Shown here: one piece after another, positions 62,464 to 64,000 of the stretch
How the letters are laid out: each line of letters begins with the position of its first letter
How positions within the stretch are numbered: position 1 is the stretch's first letter
From: Rebecca billardiae RCC1528
Taxonomy: Eukaryota; Protista; Haptophyta
DNA length: 64,000 bases
Reading direction: 5' to 3'
Assembly (NCBI GenBank): GCA_965240325.2
Contig: OZ251223.1
Span: forward strand, 4,340,001-4,404,000
The notes under the pieces: model-generated
What the model was told of the DNA's origin: nothing
What the model saw: the letters and a program-made list of their open reading frames with translations, nothing else
Database searches by the model: none
Made by a program: the position numbers and the translations under genes

Positions 62464-64000
62464 TGCCCTGGCGGGCGGGGGGGTCGGCGGGCCGTGCCAG
62501 TGCTGTCGCAATGTATCCTTTGCGGGTTCGCGTCTTTCCACATTCGCTCGTGGCCGTGGGTGACGGACAGTCGAGTGCAAGGACCAGTGACACGTGAAGT
62601 TGGCTCCCCGACGTGATGTACACACGTTTCACGGTCTGTACTCTTAGCGTATTGTATGCGCATCAGCGAGGCCCACACCCACGAGGGAATGTGCAGCACG
62701 CGGGGCGGGGCGGGTAGCCCGTTGCTCCGCGCGAGCGCGGGTACGCGCTGTATGTGCCGCAAATCGACCGCGATGGCGTAATCGAGCGCCTCGCCGCCGT
62801 GGGCTCGGCGCAGGTCGCGTTGACGTCGTACACGGCCACCACGCTGAGCACGCGCGCGTTGACGTTCACGCGGTCGTCGCTCTTCGCATCTTCGACAGGT
62901 CTGGCGCCCGCGTGCTCGGCGGCACGAGGAGCTGTTGGTTGTGCGCGCGCGCGCGCACAGCGACAGCGTGTGCACTCGCGATCGAGAGTGGGCAAGCGCT
63001 GCTCACGCGAGCACACGAATCGCAGCGCATCCGTCACCGGCGTGACGACTTCCGCCTCGTCCCGCAGCGCCTGCGCCATGGACGAGGCCATGGCGCGGCG
63101 ATGTTGCATGCTCGACGTTTCATCTCTCTGCGGATGGCATCACGGGCTTGTCTGTGTCGCGCTGCGGCGAGGGTCGCCAACTCGCGATGACGCGGTTGCT
63201 GCCACGGCGACAGACCCGGGAGGTGCGTCCGCTGCGCGTCGTACGCCGTTGGCGCTGCGCTTCCGTCGCATTGGTCACCGTCGACGCCATGCAGGCCGGA
63301 CGTGGGCTTCGAGGGACCGCGAGCGACGACTGAGTACGGTGCGCGGATTCCGGCGATCGAGTTCAGAAGGCCGCGCCAAATCTTGCCTCGCGTGCGATGG
63401 CGCTTCGAACCCGCCCGCGAGACACCTCGTGATGAATGCGTTTCCGCACCGAGCCCGACGCGCGGCGGTGGATCGTGCGAGGCGGCCATCGTGCGCAGCG
63501 CATGATGTTATGGCCGGTGCGAGCTTTCGACGTGCACGTCGGGCGAGGATCGCCCCAGGTCGCACGATCGTGTCGACGCGCCGAGCGTACCGCTCCAAAC
63601 GTGTCGATTTAGCCCCCGTTCGACCTGCACGCGAGACGACGAGGGCAGCAATCGCGAATCGGGCGAAAACTCCCCTCGGGAGTCCTCTCGCGATGTCCGC
63701 GCCGGCGTTGGATTTGGCGCGCGCCGCCCATGCGCTCCGCGCCATCCGTCTGTTGTTTTCGGCCGAGCGTCCCCAGTGGGAGCTGTGAGGGCGCCCGGTA
63801 GTGAGCGAAGCGATTTTCTTTTCTTGGCGAGGCGATTTTATTTTCTTTTCTTGTTATTCTTATCTTTTTCCCGGGCACTACAAGGGGCGGACCTACGGCC
63901 CGCCATATATACATATATATATATATATGATGACGATGCTGATGATGACGATCGGCCTGCGCCCGATGAAGCCTCTGGACGGCTGGTAGTGGTGACGGTA

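Overview
Very GC-rich eukaryotic nuclear DNA with short GT-AG introns made mostly of GC repeats. Gene content (BBS9, plastid-targeted proteins, PGS1, epsin) and composition suggest a flagellated alga such as a pavlovophyte haptophyte; this is inference. About 20 protein-coding genes are present, mostly in head-to-head pairs with 70-460 bp between start codons. They include SPX-MFS, DnaJ, purple acid phosphatase, LRR, KAE1, AKR, PUB-PHD, epsin, PEBP, pgsA-type and PLD-type PGP synthases, BBS9, EML-like, RCC1-(SPPP)n, WSS1 and RPB10. Mobile DNA and (TA)n tracts lie in the spacers between these pairs. The most notable structure is a ~6-kb element at 56039-61990 flanked by (TA)n on both sides. It has the terminal architecture of DIRS (tyrosine-recombinase) retrotransposons but no recognisable RT or YR, and a 228-bp ends-only derivative sits in another (TA)n tract. 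Also present are a copia-derived non-autonomous LTR element with apparently identical LTRs, five TIR elements, two adjacent non-homologous PGP synthases, and a gene with an in-frame TAG. Most long ORFs in the supplied track are GC-driven shadow frames. Coordinates were counted by eye.
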